From an uncultured Woeseiaceae bacterium (GTDB lineage: Bacteria; Pseudomonadota; Gammaproteobacteria; Steroidobacterales; UBA11654), in the NCBI GenBank assembly GCA_964633465.1, contig CAZWGB010000002.1, forward strand, positions 1 through 55,450: 55,450 bases of DNA, given 5' to 3'. Each line of letters opens with the position of its first letter. The stretch's first letter is position 1. The translations under genes were made by a program, and so were the position numbers. Below the pieces are notes generated by a model that was given only the letters and a program-made list of their open reading frames with translations, was not told the DNA's origin and searched no databases. Below are positions 46,301 to 55,450 of the stretch, in pieces.

Positions 46301-47569
46301 ATGTCAGATCAGATAAAATCTGTCAGAGGAATGCCAGCTATTCTTCCAGATGAAATCAAGAAATGGCAGTATGTTGAAGCGGCTGCAAAAAGTGTTCTCA
46401 ACGCATATTCATACAATGAAATCCGAACACCCATTGTTGAAAGAAGTGAGTTGTTTCAAAGAACAATCGGTGAGAACACAGATATCGTTGCAAAGGAAAT
46501 GTACACATTTTTTGATCGCAATGATCAATCTCTATCTCTAAGGCCTGAAGCAACCGCTGGAATCATCAGATCTGGTATTGACCAGGGATTTTTTTACAAT
46601 CAAACTCAAAAACTTTGGTCCATTGGACCCATGTATAGATACGAGAGACCACAAAAAGGCAGATATCGTCAATTTCATCAAATTAATATGGAAGCTTTTG
46701 GATTCCAAGGGCCAGACATTGACTTGGAGATGATTCTATTGACCAGAAGGATATGGAAAGCATTAAATTTGAGCCCTCTCAAACTTGAACTGAATTCGTT
46801 GGGCAGTCCAGAATCAAGAAAAGAGTATAAACGGCAATTACAGAATTACTTCAATGATCATCAAAAGGAGCTTGATGAGGACAGCCTTAGAAGATTGGAT
46901 CGCAATCCATTGAGAATTTTGGATAGCAAAAATCCTGACCTTCAGACACTTATTGAATCGGCACCAAAGATGATTGATTTTCTAGATCAGGAATCAAACG
47001 AGCACTTTGAGGGATTGCTGAAAATGCTTCAAGATCATGCCATCGAGTATAAGTTGAACAAAAGACTTGTTAGAGGCCTGGACTATTACACTCGAACTGT
47101 TTTTGAATGGACTACTGATCAATTGGGTGCACAAGCAACAGTCTGTGGAGGCGGCAGATACGATGAATTGGTAGCTGAACTTGGGGGACAGGCAGCACCA
47201 GCAATAGGTTGTGCAATTGGCCTTGAGCGCTTGATTGAATTAGTTGAACTATCAGGTCACAATGAGCAGAATAATCCACCAAAAATCTATATTGTCGCCG
47301 TCGGGCTAGAAGCTGAGGGGCAAGGATTTTTAATTGCAGAGGAGTTGAGAGATACATATCCAGATCTCTCGATTGAAATGAATCTAAACGGGGGTAATTT
47401 TAAGCAACAATTTAAGAGGGCGGATAAGGCAGGTTCAGATATCGCTTTAATTCTTGGTGACGATGAGATTAAAGAACATACCGTCGGAGTCAAGCCCATG
47501 CGATCGGAAGGATCTCAAGAGACTGTTGATAGAAAAGAGTTATTAAGTATAATCAGTCAATTTTTATAG
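46301..47569 (+). CDS. hisS: histidine--tRNA ligase
   Basis: 422 aa. Has class II aaRS motifs (LRPE.TA..R, YRYERPQKGRYRQFHQ, GGGRYD) and SD AAGGTG upstream. Confidence 0.95.
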   Translation: MSDQIKSVRGMPAILPDEIKKWQYVEAAAKSVLNAYSYNEIRTPIVERSELFQRTIGENTDIVAKEMYTFFDRNDQSLSLRPEATAGIIRSGIDQGFFYNQTQKLWSIGPMYRYERPQKGRYRQFHQINMEAFGFQGPDIDLEMILLTRRIWKALNLSPLKLELNSLGSPESRKEYKRQLQNYFNDHQKELDEDSLRRLDRNPLRILDSKNPDLQTLIESAPKMIDFLDQESNEHFEGLLKMLQDHAIEYKLNKRLVRGLDYYTRTVFEWTTDQLGAQATVCGGGRYDELVAELGGQAAPAIGCAIGLERLIELVELSGHNEQNNPPKIYIVAVGLEAEGQGFLIAEELRDTYPDLSIEMNLNGGNFKQQFKRADKAGSDIALILGDDEIKEHTVGVKPMRSEGSQETVDRKELLSIISQFL

Positions 47570-47596
47570 ACAAACATTACCAGCGAAAGATAAAAA

Positions 47597-48268
47597 ATGG
47601 ATGATAATCTAACAGATCAGCAACAAGCAGAGCTCATAAAGAACTGGTTAAAAGAGAACAGCAAATTCTTGATTGGAGGATTGGCATTTGTTGTATCTGG
47701 TTTCTTTGGAATCCAATTTTTTCAACAAAACAAACTTCAGGAAGCGGAAATGGCTTCTCAGTTGTATTCAGAAATAGAGTTTGCTGTCAAACAACAACGA
47801 TTAAGTCAAGCACAGTCTTTGCTGCAGAAAATGGATACCGATTTTGCCAATACACCCTATCAGGACCAAGGCCACTTGTTTATGGCCAAGCTTTTTATGG
47901 ACTCTGTGGATTACGAAAATGCAATACTTCAATTGGAATTCCTAATAGAAAACTCAACGGAAGAATCACTGCAGCATATAGCACGCATTCGAATCGCCAG
48001 AATTAAGTTGCAACAAAATTTATACAACGAAGCTTTGCAAGTACTCGAAACGGAGTCGATGGGTTCATTCGAAGCTAAATATGAGGAAATCAAAGGTGAC
48101 ATTTTTTCTAAGAAAGGAGAATTTTTGGAAGCACAAGCAGCATACTTGAAAGCTCTAGATTTACTCCTGCCAGGTGAATTTGATTATGAGTACATCCAAA
48201 TGAAATTCAAAGACATTCAAAGTGAGGATCTCAATGATGCTGAAGCATCAAAGGATGGTAATGCATGA
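47597..48268 (+). CDS. yfgM: YfgM-family TPR-like membrane protein (ancillary SecYEG subunit)
   Basis: 223 aa. Has an N-terminal acidic segment, one TM and a TPR-like periplasmic part. It holds the conserved hisS-yfgM-bamB position and shares an ATGA overlap with bamB. Confidence 0.8.
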   Translation: MDDNLTDQQQAELIKNWLKENSKFLIGGLAFVVSGFFGIQFFQQNKLQEAEMASQLYSEIEFAVKQQRLSQAQSLLQKMDTDFANTPYQDQGHLFMAKLFMDSVDYENAILQLEFLIENSTEESLQHIARIRIARIKLQQNLYNEALQVLETESMGSFEAKYEEIKGDIFSKKGEFLEAQAAYLKALDLLLPGEFDYEYIQMKFKDIQSEDLNDAEASKDGNA

Positions 48269-49470
48269 GGATAGGAGCAAAAAAATCAGAATCAAGGAAT
48301 TTTAAATCATCATTAAAAATAGTTCTTCCATTTTGCATGCTAATAATCCTCCAAGGATGTGCTTTATTTGGTGGTGATGACGAAGAAGACGTCCAGTTGC
48401 CAACAGAGCTGGTTGAATTTGAGGCCGTCATCGAGGTTGATGAAAAATGGGACGTATCTGTTGGTAAAGGACATGAGGGATTGGTATTGGGATTAAAACC
48501 AACAACCGATGGCGAGCAGATTTATGCAGCAAGCTTTGATGGCAACGTAATAGCCTTTGACACCAACAGGGGTAGGAAAATCTGGAAAAATAATTATGAC
48601 TTAAGTTTCACTTCTGGACCCACTTTTAAAGACGGTATCTTGGTTTTAGGCACAAATGATGGGGAATTAATTGCGTTGGATGCTCTAACGGGTGAAATCT
48701 TGTGGGCAACCACAGTCAGTAGCGAGATTCTTGCGCCAGTTTCCATTGGAGATGACAAGATATTTGTACGCACTGTTGATGGAAGCTTAACGGCATTGTC
48801 GAAGGAAGATGGTGCACAACAATGGTTGGTGAATCACAAAGTGCCTCGATTGAGTCTAAGGGGCACATCTACACCGGTTAAATTTGCGAATGCGGTTCTC
48901 TGTGGCTTTGATGATGGGAAGGTGAGCGCTTACGATGTAAGCAACGGTACATTGCTGTGGGAAACAATGTTAACACCTGCTGGTGGTAGAACGGAGATTG
49001 AAAAAATCATGGACATTGATGCTCCAATGGTTATTTTAGGTAACGAACTTTACGTGGGTAGTTATCAAGGAGCCTTGGGAGCAATGGCATTGGAATCCGG
49101 AGATATCATCTGGGTTACTGAAGCTTCAATCTATGCAGGCATGGCCGCAGATGATAATGCTGTATTTGTTTCGGAAGCTGATGGTACTGTTATGGCCTTG
49201 TCCCGGTTTACAGGACGCGAAATTTGGAAGAAAGAGAATTTATTGTACAGAAATCCAACCGCACCTGTGATTATGGATGATTCCATTGTTATTGGTGATT
49301 TGGAAGGTTATCTGCATTGGCTTGACAAAGCCTCAGGTGAGATACAAGAAAGAATCAATATTGGTAAGAGCAAAATCAGCAGTACTCCATTGGTACTGAA
49401 CAATTCAATCTATGTTTTAACAGACAGTGGCGATCTTGTTTCTGTTGAGAAAATAATTCCAACTTCTTGA
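48265..49470 (+). CDS. bamB: outer membrane protein assembly factor BamB
   Basis: 401 aa. Has a lipoprotein signal ...IILQG|C and eight PQQ-like beta-propeller repeats (G.L.ALD..TG...W). Confidence 0.9.
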   Translation: MRIGAKKSESRNFKSSLKIVLPFCMLIILQGCALFGGDDEEDVQLPTELVEFEAVIEVDEKWDVSVGKGHEGLVLGLKPTTDGEQIYAASFDGNVIAFDTNRGRKIWKNNYDLSFTSGPTFKDGILVLGTNDGELIALDALTGEILWATTVSSEILAPVSIGDDKIFVRTVDGSLTALSKEDGAQQWLVNHKVPRLSLRGTSTPVKFANAVLCGFDDGKVSAYDVSNGTLLWETMLTPAGGRTEIEKIMDIDAPMVILGNELYVGSYQGALGAMALESGDIIWVTEASIYAGMAADDNAVFVSEADGTVMALSRFTGREIWKKENLLYRNPTAPVIMDDSIVIGDLEGYLHWLDKASGEIQERINIGKSKISSTPLVLNNSIYVLTDSGDLVSVEKIIPTS

Positions 49471-49487
49471 TATGAAGGAGCCATTCG

Positions 49488-50885
49488 ATGTTGCCCATTA
49501 TTGCAATTGTTGGCCGACCTAATGTTGGCAAATCTACTTGTTTTAATCGTCTGACTGGCACCAAAGATGCCTTAGTGGCTGATTTTTCTGGGCTTACCCG
49601 TGATCGCATCTATGGACACATGAGCCATCAATCGCTCGAAGCCATCATGATTGATACCGGTGGTTTGGTTCACGATCACGGAGACCTTTCCGAGGTCATT
49701 CAGGAACAGACAAAACTCGCTATTGAAGAATCCGATTTAATTGTGTTTCTTGTTGATGCAAGGCAAGGATTGATTGGCAATGATCAAGAAATTGCAAGAC
49801 AACTGAGAAAAGAAAACAAACCCTTGATTCTGGTTGTGAACAAAACTGAGGGCTTCAATCGAGAGGAGAGTGCATCTGAGTTTTTTTCACTGGGTCTGGG
49901 GGAACCTCAGTGTGTTTCAGCACTGCGTGGAGATTATTGTGACGATCTTAAAGAACGGATTTTTGAACTATTGCAACTCAAGGCCAATGAAGTGAATCGC
50001 ATTGAGCTTCCAGAAACAACCACTTCCATTGCATTGATTGGTCGACCTAATGTTGGCAAATCAACTTTTATCAACAGCATCCTCAAGGAAGATCGGTTGC
50101 TGACCCAAAATCAACCGGGCACTACACGAGATACCATCCATGTTGATTTTCAACACCATTCAAGGGATTTGACTTTGATCGATACTGCTGGAATAAGAAG
50201 GCGAAAAAACATTCATCAGAAGGTGGAGAAATTCAGCATAGTCAAGGCATTGCAAGCCATCGAATTATCCGATGCTGTAATCGTATTGATCGATGGCATT
50301 GAAGGAATAACCGACCAGGATGCTTCGTTGATTGGATTGGTCTTGCAGAATGAAAGGGCCCTAACGATTGCTGTTAACAAGTCTGACGTACTTGATGAAG
50401 ATCAATTAGAGACTTTGAAAAGGAACATTGATCGTAAACTTCGATTTGTTAATTTTGTAGACATTAACAATGTGTCTGCACTTGAGAATGAAAATCTGGA
50501 TGCTGTATTGTTGTCGGCAATCAATGCAGCCGATGCGGCATGTTTATCTGTTCCTACAAAGCAGGTATCCAAACTGATAGAGAATTTGATTCTTTCCAAT
50601 CCACCGCCATCCATTCAAGGCAGAAGAATTAAATTAAAATACGCTCATCAGGGGGGTAGTCAGCCACCGATTTTTATTGTCTACGGGAATCAAACAGACA
50701 AAATACCTAAAAGTTACAAGCGATTCTTGATCAATCAGTTACGCAAGAAGTTTGGCTTTTGGGGAACACCCATACGTCTTGAATTTCGGAACAGTACCAA
50801 TCCTTATGCTGAAAAAAAGAACAAACTTTCTTTGCGACAGTGGCGGAAGAGAAAAAGAATTATTCGGCTGAGAAAGAAAAAGTAA
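49488..50885 (+). CDS. der: ribosome-biogenesis GTPase Der (EngA)
   Basis: 465 aa. Has two tandem G domains (both GRPNVGKST; DTGG and DTAG; NKTE and NKSD), a KH-like domain and a Lys/Arg-rich tail. Confidence 0.95.
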   Translation: MLPIIAIVGRPNVGKSTCFNRLTGTKDALVADFSGLTRDRIYGHMSHQSLEAIMIDTGGLVHDHGDLSEVIQEQTKLAIEESDLIVFLVDARQGLIGNDQEIARQLRKENKPLILVVNKTEGFNREESASEFFSLGLGEPQCVSALRGDYCDDLKERIFELLQLKANEVNRIELPETTTSIALIGRPNVGKSTFINSILKEDRLLTQNQPGTTRDTIHVDFQHHSRDLTLIDTAGIRRRKNIHQKVEKFSIVKALQAIELSDAVIVLIDGIEGITDQDASLIGLVLQNERALTIAVNKSDVLDEDQLETLKRNIDRKLRFVNFVDINNVSALENENLDAVLLSAINAADAACLSVPTKQVSKLIENLILSNPPPSIQGRRIKLKYAHQGGSQPPIFIVYGNQTDKIPKSYKRFLINQLRKKFGFWGTPIRLEFRNSTNPYAEKKNKLSLRQWRKRKRIIRLRKKK

Positions 50886-50892
50886 ATTCAGA

Positions 50893-52260
50893 TCAGTGTT
50901 TAATTTTTGGTTCTATTGGGTCGACAGAACTGATTTTGGAACCAAAACTGCCATCTTTTAAGCGGGTTTTGATGGTGGATCCAACCTTGATCTGTCGCAC
51001 GCTCTTTATATTTCTTTGAGTATCAGGATCAACCACATATGCATAACCACGACCCAACACATTTAGTGGCGAGGTCCCGTCTAACTTTGCAACAATGACC
51101 GAGAACAATTGTTCTGTATTACTGAAAATTCCTTGGGTTGCAACAATCAATCTCCGGTGGATATTGGTTACTTTAGATTGCACGTTTTGATGCAGGGATA
51201 ACGGACTAGACCGAATTAGGCAGGCATTCAGAACATTAATACGATTAGAGGTTCTACTTACATACTCCCTGGGGCTTGCTTTCATTCCTTGCAATGCAAG
51301 ATCCAATCTTTGGCTGTATTGTTCAAGGATTGAAATCGGATGTTTCCGCTGGAGTTTTGCATCGAGAGATAAGCATTTTTGCTTAACCATTGCCAATAAC
51401 AGTTTCATGGTGTTGAAAAATTGCCTGTTGAAATTTCTTAATTGTTGCTGGATTTCATCTGTATCCGGTAAAGCAATTTCAGCAGCTCCGGAAGGGGTTG
51501 GCGCCCTATAATCTGCAACCAGGTCGGCAATCGTGACATCAGTTTCATGACCAATGCCAGAAACGATTGGTATGCTTGAATCAAACATTGCTCGAGCAAC
51601 CTGTTCTTCGTTAAAACACCATAAATCCTCTAAGGACCCACCACCTCTTGCAAGAATTAATAAATCGCATTCATTCCTTTCATTGGCTATTTCAATTGCC
51701 TTGCTTATTTGTTGTGTGGCCTCCCTACCTTGCACTAGGGTTGGGTATACAATGACATTGATGCAGGGAAATCGGCGATTCATGATGTTGAAAATGTCTT
51801 GAATAGCAGCGCCTGAAGGGGAAGTAATGACACCGAGTGTCTGTGGAAATTCTGGAAGAGGTAATTTATTGCTGCTGTCAAATAAACCTTCTTGTTGGAG
51901 TTTGCTTTTTAACAATTCAAAACGCTGTCTTAATAAACCTTCTCCAGCTTCTTCAATGTAATCCACTATCAATTGGTATTCCCCTCTGGGTTGATACAGA
52001 CCCACTCTTGCTCTTGCAAGGATTTGTTTGCCGTCTTCAATCGGAAAACTGACCAGTTGATTTTGTTGTCTAAACATGGCGCAACGAATCTGAGAGTGCT
52101 CATCTTTTAGTGAAAAGTAAATGTGACCTGCAGAGGATCTAAGGTAATTAGAAATCTCGCCTTCTATCCAAACAACACCAAATGTTGAAGAGAGTAATTG
52201 ATAAACCTCTTTGTTAAGTTCCGAGACGGAGTAGATATGTTCTTGTTCAATATTCTGCAT
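50893..52260 (-). CDS. xseA: exodeoxyribonuclease VII large subunit
   Basis: Has an OB-fold N-terminus (YSVSELN..V..LL......VWIEGEISN....SGH.YFSLKD) and RGGGS.EDLW.FN. The ORF track begins at TTG 52281; I prefer the ATG at 52260. Confidence 0.9.
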   Translation of the reverse strand: MQNIEQEHIYSVSELNKEVYQLLSSTFGVVWIEGEISNYLRSSAGHIYFSLKDEHSQIRCAMFRQQNQLVSFPIEDGKQILARARVGLYQPRGEYQLIVDYIEEAGEGLLRQRFELLKSKLQQEGLFDSSNKLPLPEFPQTLGVITSPSGAAIQDIFNIMNRRFPCINVIVYPTLVQGREATQQISKAIEIANERNECDLLILARGGGSLEDLWCFNEEQVARAMFDSSIPIVSGIGHETDVTIADLVADYRAPTPSGAAEIALPDTDEIQQQLRNFNRQFFNTMKLLLAMVKQKCLSLDAKLQRKHPISILEQYSQRLDLALQGMKASPREYVSRTSNRINVLNACLIRSSPLSLHQNVQSKVTNIHRRLIVATQGIFSNTEQLFSVIVAKLDGTSPLNVLGRGYAYVVDPDTQRNIKSVRQIKVGSTIKTRLKDGSFGSKISSVDPIEPKIKH

Positions 52261-52332
52261 AGGAAAGTATAAATTATACAAAACAATCCCTCAGGAGGTT
52301 TACCTAATCTCCATAGGAGTGTAAAATTCGGT

Positions 52333-53799
52333 ATGCCAGTAGACAGACTAGCGTTGACATTTGACGATGTCCTACTCAAACCGAATTATTCGGATGTACT
52401 TCCGCGCGAGACTGATTTAACTACCCAGTTGACGAACCAAATTCGTCTCAATATTCCTTTAGTTTCTGCGGCAATGGATACAGTAACAGAGTTTCAGTTG
52501 GCAATCGCTATTGCCCAAGAAGGTGGATTGGGTATCATCCATAAAAACCTGAGTGCCAAGGATCAAGCAGCTCAGGTGAATAGAGTTAAGAAATTTGAGA
52601 GCGGGGTAATCACAGATCCAATAACAGTTTCTCCAGACAAAACCATTCGGGACGTGCTTGAAATTACCAAGAAAAATAATATTTCCGGAGTTCCGGTTGT
52701 GGACAAGGAAGAAACAGTGGGCATTGTAACCAACCGTGATCTGAGGTACGAAAGTCAATTGGATGCCTTGGTGAGTTCTGTGATGACACCTAAGGCAGAA
52801 CTGATTACCGTCAAAGAGGGTGAAAAGAAAGAAGAAGTCCTAAGGCTACTGCATCACCACAGAATTGAAAAAGTCCTTGTTGTCGATGAACATTTTAAGC
52901 TCAAAGGCATGATCACGGCCAAAGACTTTCAGAAAGCAACTGATTTTCCTCTTGCAGCAAAAGATGGGAGAGGTGCTTTATTGGTTGGTGCAGCTGTAGG
53001 TGTGGGTGAAAATTCAATTGAACGCACAGATCAGCTTTACCAAGCAGGAGTAGACGTTATTGTGATTGATACTTCACACGGTCATAGCAAAAGCGTCATT
53101 GAAAGAGTTACGTCTACCAAGCAAAAGTACCCTGATTTGCAGTTGATTGCAGGCAACATTGCTACAGCTGAGGCTGCAATCGCATTGACAGATGCTGGCG
53201 CCGATGCCGTCAAAGTGGGTATAGGACCTGGCTCTATATGCACCACCCGAGTGGTTGCCGGGGTCGGAATGCCACAGGTAACAGCTATTATGGATGTTTG
53301 TCAGGCACTGAAAGCTAAAGGTATACCAGCCATAGCAGATGGAGGTATTCGATACTCAGGAGACATTGCAAAAGCAATAGCATCTGGAGCCAGCACAATT
53401 ATGGTGGGTAGTCTTTTTGCAGGCACAGATGAATCTCCAGGAGAGGTGGAGCTTTACCAAGGAAGAGCCTATAAATCATACAGGGGTATGGGTTCAATTG
53501 GTGCCATGGCTCAGAAGCATGGATCAAGGGACCGCTATTTTCAAGGCGGTACCACAGCCAATGAAAAACTCGTTCCAGAAGGCATAGAGGGACGTGTACC
53601 TTGCAAAGGAAGTATGTCCAATATCGTAGAGCAACTGGTGGGGGGCTTGAGACAATCCATGGGTTATACCGGTTGTCAAAATATCCATCAGATGCAGACC
53701 GAAACTGAGTTTGTCCAAATCACTGATGCTGGAAAAAAAGAAAGTCACGTCCACGATGTCACTATCACCAAGGAACCGCCCAACTATTCACTGGATTGA
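52333..53799 (+). CDS. guaB: IMP dehydrogenase
   Basis: 488 aa. Has LTFDDVLL.P, a CBS pair, the catalytic loop [11 protein letters not shown] and [11 protein letters not shown]. Confidence 0.96.
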   Translation: MPVDRLALTFDDVLLKPNYSDVLPRETDLTTQLTNQIRLNIPLVSAAMDTVTEFQLAIAIAQEGGLGIIHKNLSAKDQAAQVNRVKKFESGVITDPITVSPDKTIRDVLEITKKNNISGVPVVDKEETVGIVTNRDLRYESQLDALVSSVMTPKAELITVKEGEKKEEVLRLLHHHRIEKVLVVDEHFKLKGMITAKDFQKATDFPLAAKDGRGALLVGAAVGVGENSIERTDQLYQAGVDVIVIDTSHGHSKSVIERVTSTKQKYPDLQLIAGNIATAEAAIALTDAGADAVKVGIGPGSICTTRVVAGVGMPQVTAIMDVCQALKAKGIPAIADGGIRYSGDIAKAIASGASTIMVGSLFAGTDESPGEVELYQGRAYKSYRGMGSIGAMAQKHGSRDRYFQGGTTANEKLVPEGIEGRVPCKGSMSNIVEQLVGGLRQSMGYTGCQNIHQMQTETEFVQITDAGKKESHVHDVTITKEPPNYSLD

Positions 53800-53824
53800 T
53801 TTGATCAAATAATGAGGCCATAAA

Positions 53825-55402
53825 ATGATGTCATCGAAAGTCAATATCGATGTAAGATTGCAAAAAATATTGATTCTTGATTTTGGGTCTCAATACACAC
53901 AACTCATTGCCCGTAGGATACGTGAGGCTGGTGTCTACAGTGAAATCTATGCCTGCGACACGGATATGGATGCAATCAAAGAATTTAATCCCTCAGGAAT
54001 TATTTTGTCCGGGGGTCCAGAATCAGCATTCATCGAGGAAGCACCCAAAGCTCACGATGAAATCTTTGAGCTTGGCACTCCTATTCTTGGGATTTGTTAT
54101 GGGATGCAAACCATGGCCGAGCAGTTGGGTGGAAAAGTTGAACCGTCATCTCATCGAGAATTTGGTTATGCAAAAATCACAATGGATTCACTTGAAGGGA
54201 TATTTGATGGTTTGGATGAGCCAGCTAATGAACTTGATGTATGGATGAGTCATGGTGACAGAGTTGAGATTTTGCCTCCTGGATTTGATGCAATTGCAAG
54301 CACCGACAATGCTCCTTTTGCCGCTATGGGGAATCTAGAACGATCTTTTTTTGGACTGCAATTTCATCCCGAAGTCACTCACACAGAGAAAGGTCAACGT
54401 ATCATTGAAAATTTTGTCCATAAAATTTGTGGATGCAGCAGTCATTGGAACCCCGGTAATATCATTGAGGCTGATATCAAGAGAATACGGGCTGAAGTAG
54501 GGGAGGATAATGTTTTACTGGGTCTTTCTGGAGGTGTTGATTCATCAGTTGTGGCAGCCTTATTGCACCAAGCAATCGGTGATCAATTAACTTGCATCTT
54601 TGTTGATAACGGTTTGTTGCGTTTAGGTGAGGCAGATCAAGTCATGAAAGTATTTGCCGATCATTTAAAGGTGAAGGTTGTCCGCGTTGATGCTGAAGAT
54701 TTATTCCTTGGTAAATTAGAAGGAGTGAGCGATCCGGAAGAGAAACGAACAATTATTGGCAACACATTCATTGAAGTTTTCGAGCAGGAAGCTAACAAGA
54801 TAGAAAATGTCAGATGGCTTGCTCAAGGAACAATATATCCAGATATCATTGAATCAGCAGGGGCTAAAACAGCCAAAGCCCATGTTATAAAGTCACATCA
54901 TAATGTGGCAGGCCTGCCAGAGAACATGTCACTCAAGCTTATTGAGCCTTTAAGGGATCTGTTTAAGGATGAGGTGCGTAAGATCGGTATTGAACTTGAT
55001 CTGCCTGATCAATTGGTGCATCGACACCCTTTTCCTGGACCCGGATTGGGAGTACGGATACTTGGTTGTGTAAACAAAGAATACGCAGATCTATTGCGAG
55101 AAGCAGACGCTATTTTTATAGAAGAACTGGTAAAGCAGGATTTGTATCATCAGGTCAGTCAGGCTTTTGCTGTTTTTCTACCTGTTAAATCAGTTGGGGT
55201 CATGGGAGACGATCGAAAATACGATTACGTAATTGCTCTTAGAGCGGTTGAAACGATTGATTTTATGACAGCCCAATGGGCAAAACTTCCATACGAATTC
55301 CTACATCATGTTTCCACAAGAATTATTAACGAAGTTGAAGGAATTTCCAGAGTCACTTATGACATTTCCAGCAAACCACCTGCTACTATCGAGTGGGAAT
55401 GA
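53825..55402 (+). CDS. guaA: glutamine-hydrolysing GMP synthase
   Basis: 525 aa. Has a GATase domain ([12 protein letters not shown]), the ATP-PPase P-loop SGGVDSSV and a C-terminal ...KPPATIEWE. Confidence 0.96.
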   Translation: MMSSKVNIDVRLQKILILDFGSQYTQLIARRIREAGVYSEIYACDTDMDAIKEFNPSGIILSGGPESAFIEEAPKAHDEIFELGTPILGICYGMQTMAEQLGGKVEPSSHREFGYAKITMDSLEGIFDGLDEPANELDVWMSHGDRVEILPPGFDAIASTDNAPFAAMGNLERSFFGLQFHPEVTHTEKGQRIIENFVHKICGCSSHWNPGNIIEADIKRIRAEVGEDNVLLGLSGGVDSSVVAALLHQAIGDQLTCIFVDNGLLRLGEADQVMKVFADHLKVKVVRVDAEDLFLGKLEGVSDPEEKRTIIGNTFIEVFEQEANKIENVRWLAQGTIYPDIIESAGAKTAKAHVIKSHHNVAGLPENMSLKLIEPLRDLFKDEVRKIGIELDLPDQLVHRHPFPGPGLGVRILGCVNKEYADLLREADAIFIEELVKQDLYHQVSQAFAVFLPVKSVGVMGDDRKYDYVIALRAVETIDFMTAQWAKLPYEFLHHVSTRIINEVEGISRVTYDISSKPPATIEWE

Positions 55403-55450
55403 GAAAAATCCCTGAAACCCTTATAGAATAAGGATTCTTCAACTACACAC

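Noticed and set aside
49515-50062. An identical 20-mer, CGACCTAATGTTGGCAAATC, at 49515-49534 and 50043-50062.
   Set aside because: Both copies encode the GRPNVGKS P-loops of the two tandem G domains of Der. This is the known internal domain duplication, not a mobile or regulatory repeat.

Overview
The window reads as AT-rich (judged by eye, not computed), very tightly packed chromosomal DNA. Its gene order is typical of Gammaproteobacteria, and a streamlined marine heterotroph is my inference. I support about 58 protein genes and one tRNA-Leu(CAA). I found no rRNA, CRISPR array, IS or transposon, phage genes, recognisable defence system or convincing intrinsic terminator.

Left to right, the content is:
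- Molybdenum cofactor (Moco) genes: moaA and fdhD, with moaC and mobA further along.
- A co-directional block of poorly characterised genes at 4.7-11.1 kb: a double alpha/beta-fold protein, an FAD-linked oxidase, an exported ferrochelatase-like lipoprotein, a Tat-exported DUF1838-like protein and a lipoprotein cytochrome c.
- A phosphate-acquisition neighbourhood: a DUF47/PhoU-like protein, a PiT transporter, a porin and PhoX.
- A leuCD-like pair, then acyl-CoA metabolism genes: MaoC-like, tesB and ETF-QO.
- A seven-gene TonB2-type energy-transduction cluster.
- The classic backbone xerD-dsbC, queA-tgt-yajC-secDF, suhB/trmJ-isc, ndk-rlmN-rodZ-hisS-yfgM-bamB-der and xseA/guaBA.

The observations most worth a second look are:
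1. The exported ferrochelatase-fold lipoprotein and its operon, which is my best candidate for an uncharacterised periplasmic system.
2. A cut-down isc locus lacking iscR, hscBA and fdx. Its IscU homologue has lost most cluster ligands.
3. A perfect 132-bp tandem repeat at a truncated rodZ/hisS junction where ispG is missing. The repeat creates a 39-codon membrane micro-ORF.

Several genes appear to use GTG or TTG starts. All family assignments come from motifs I recognise by reading the translations, not from database searches.
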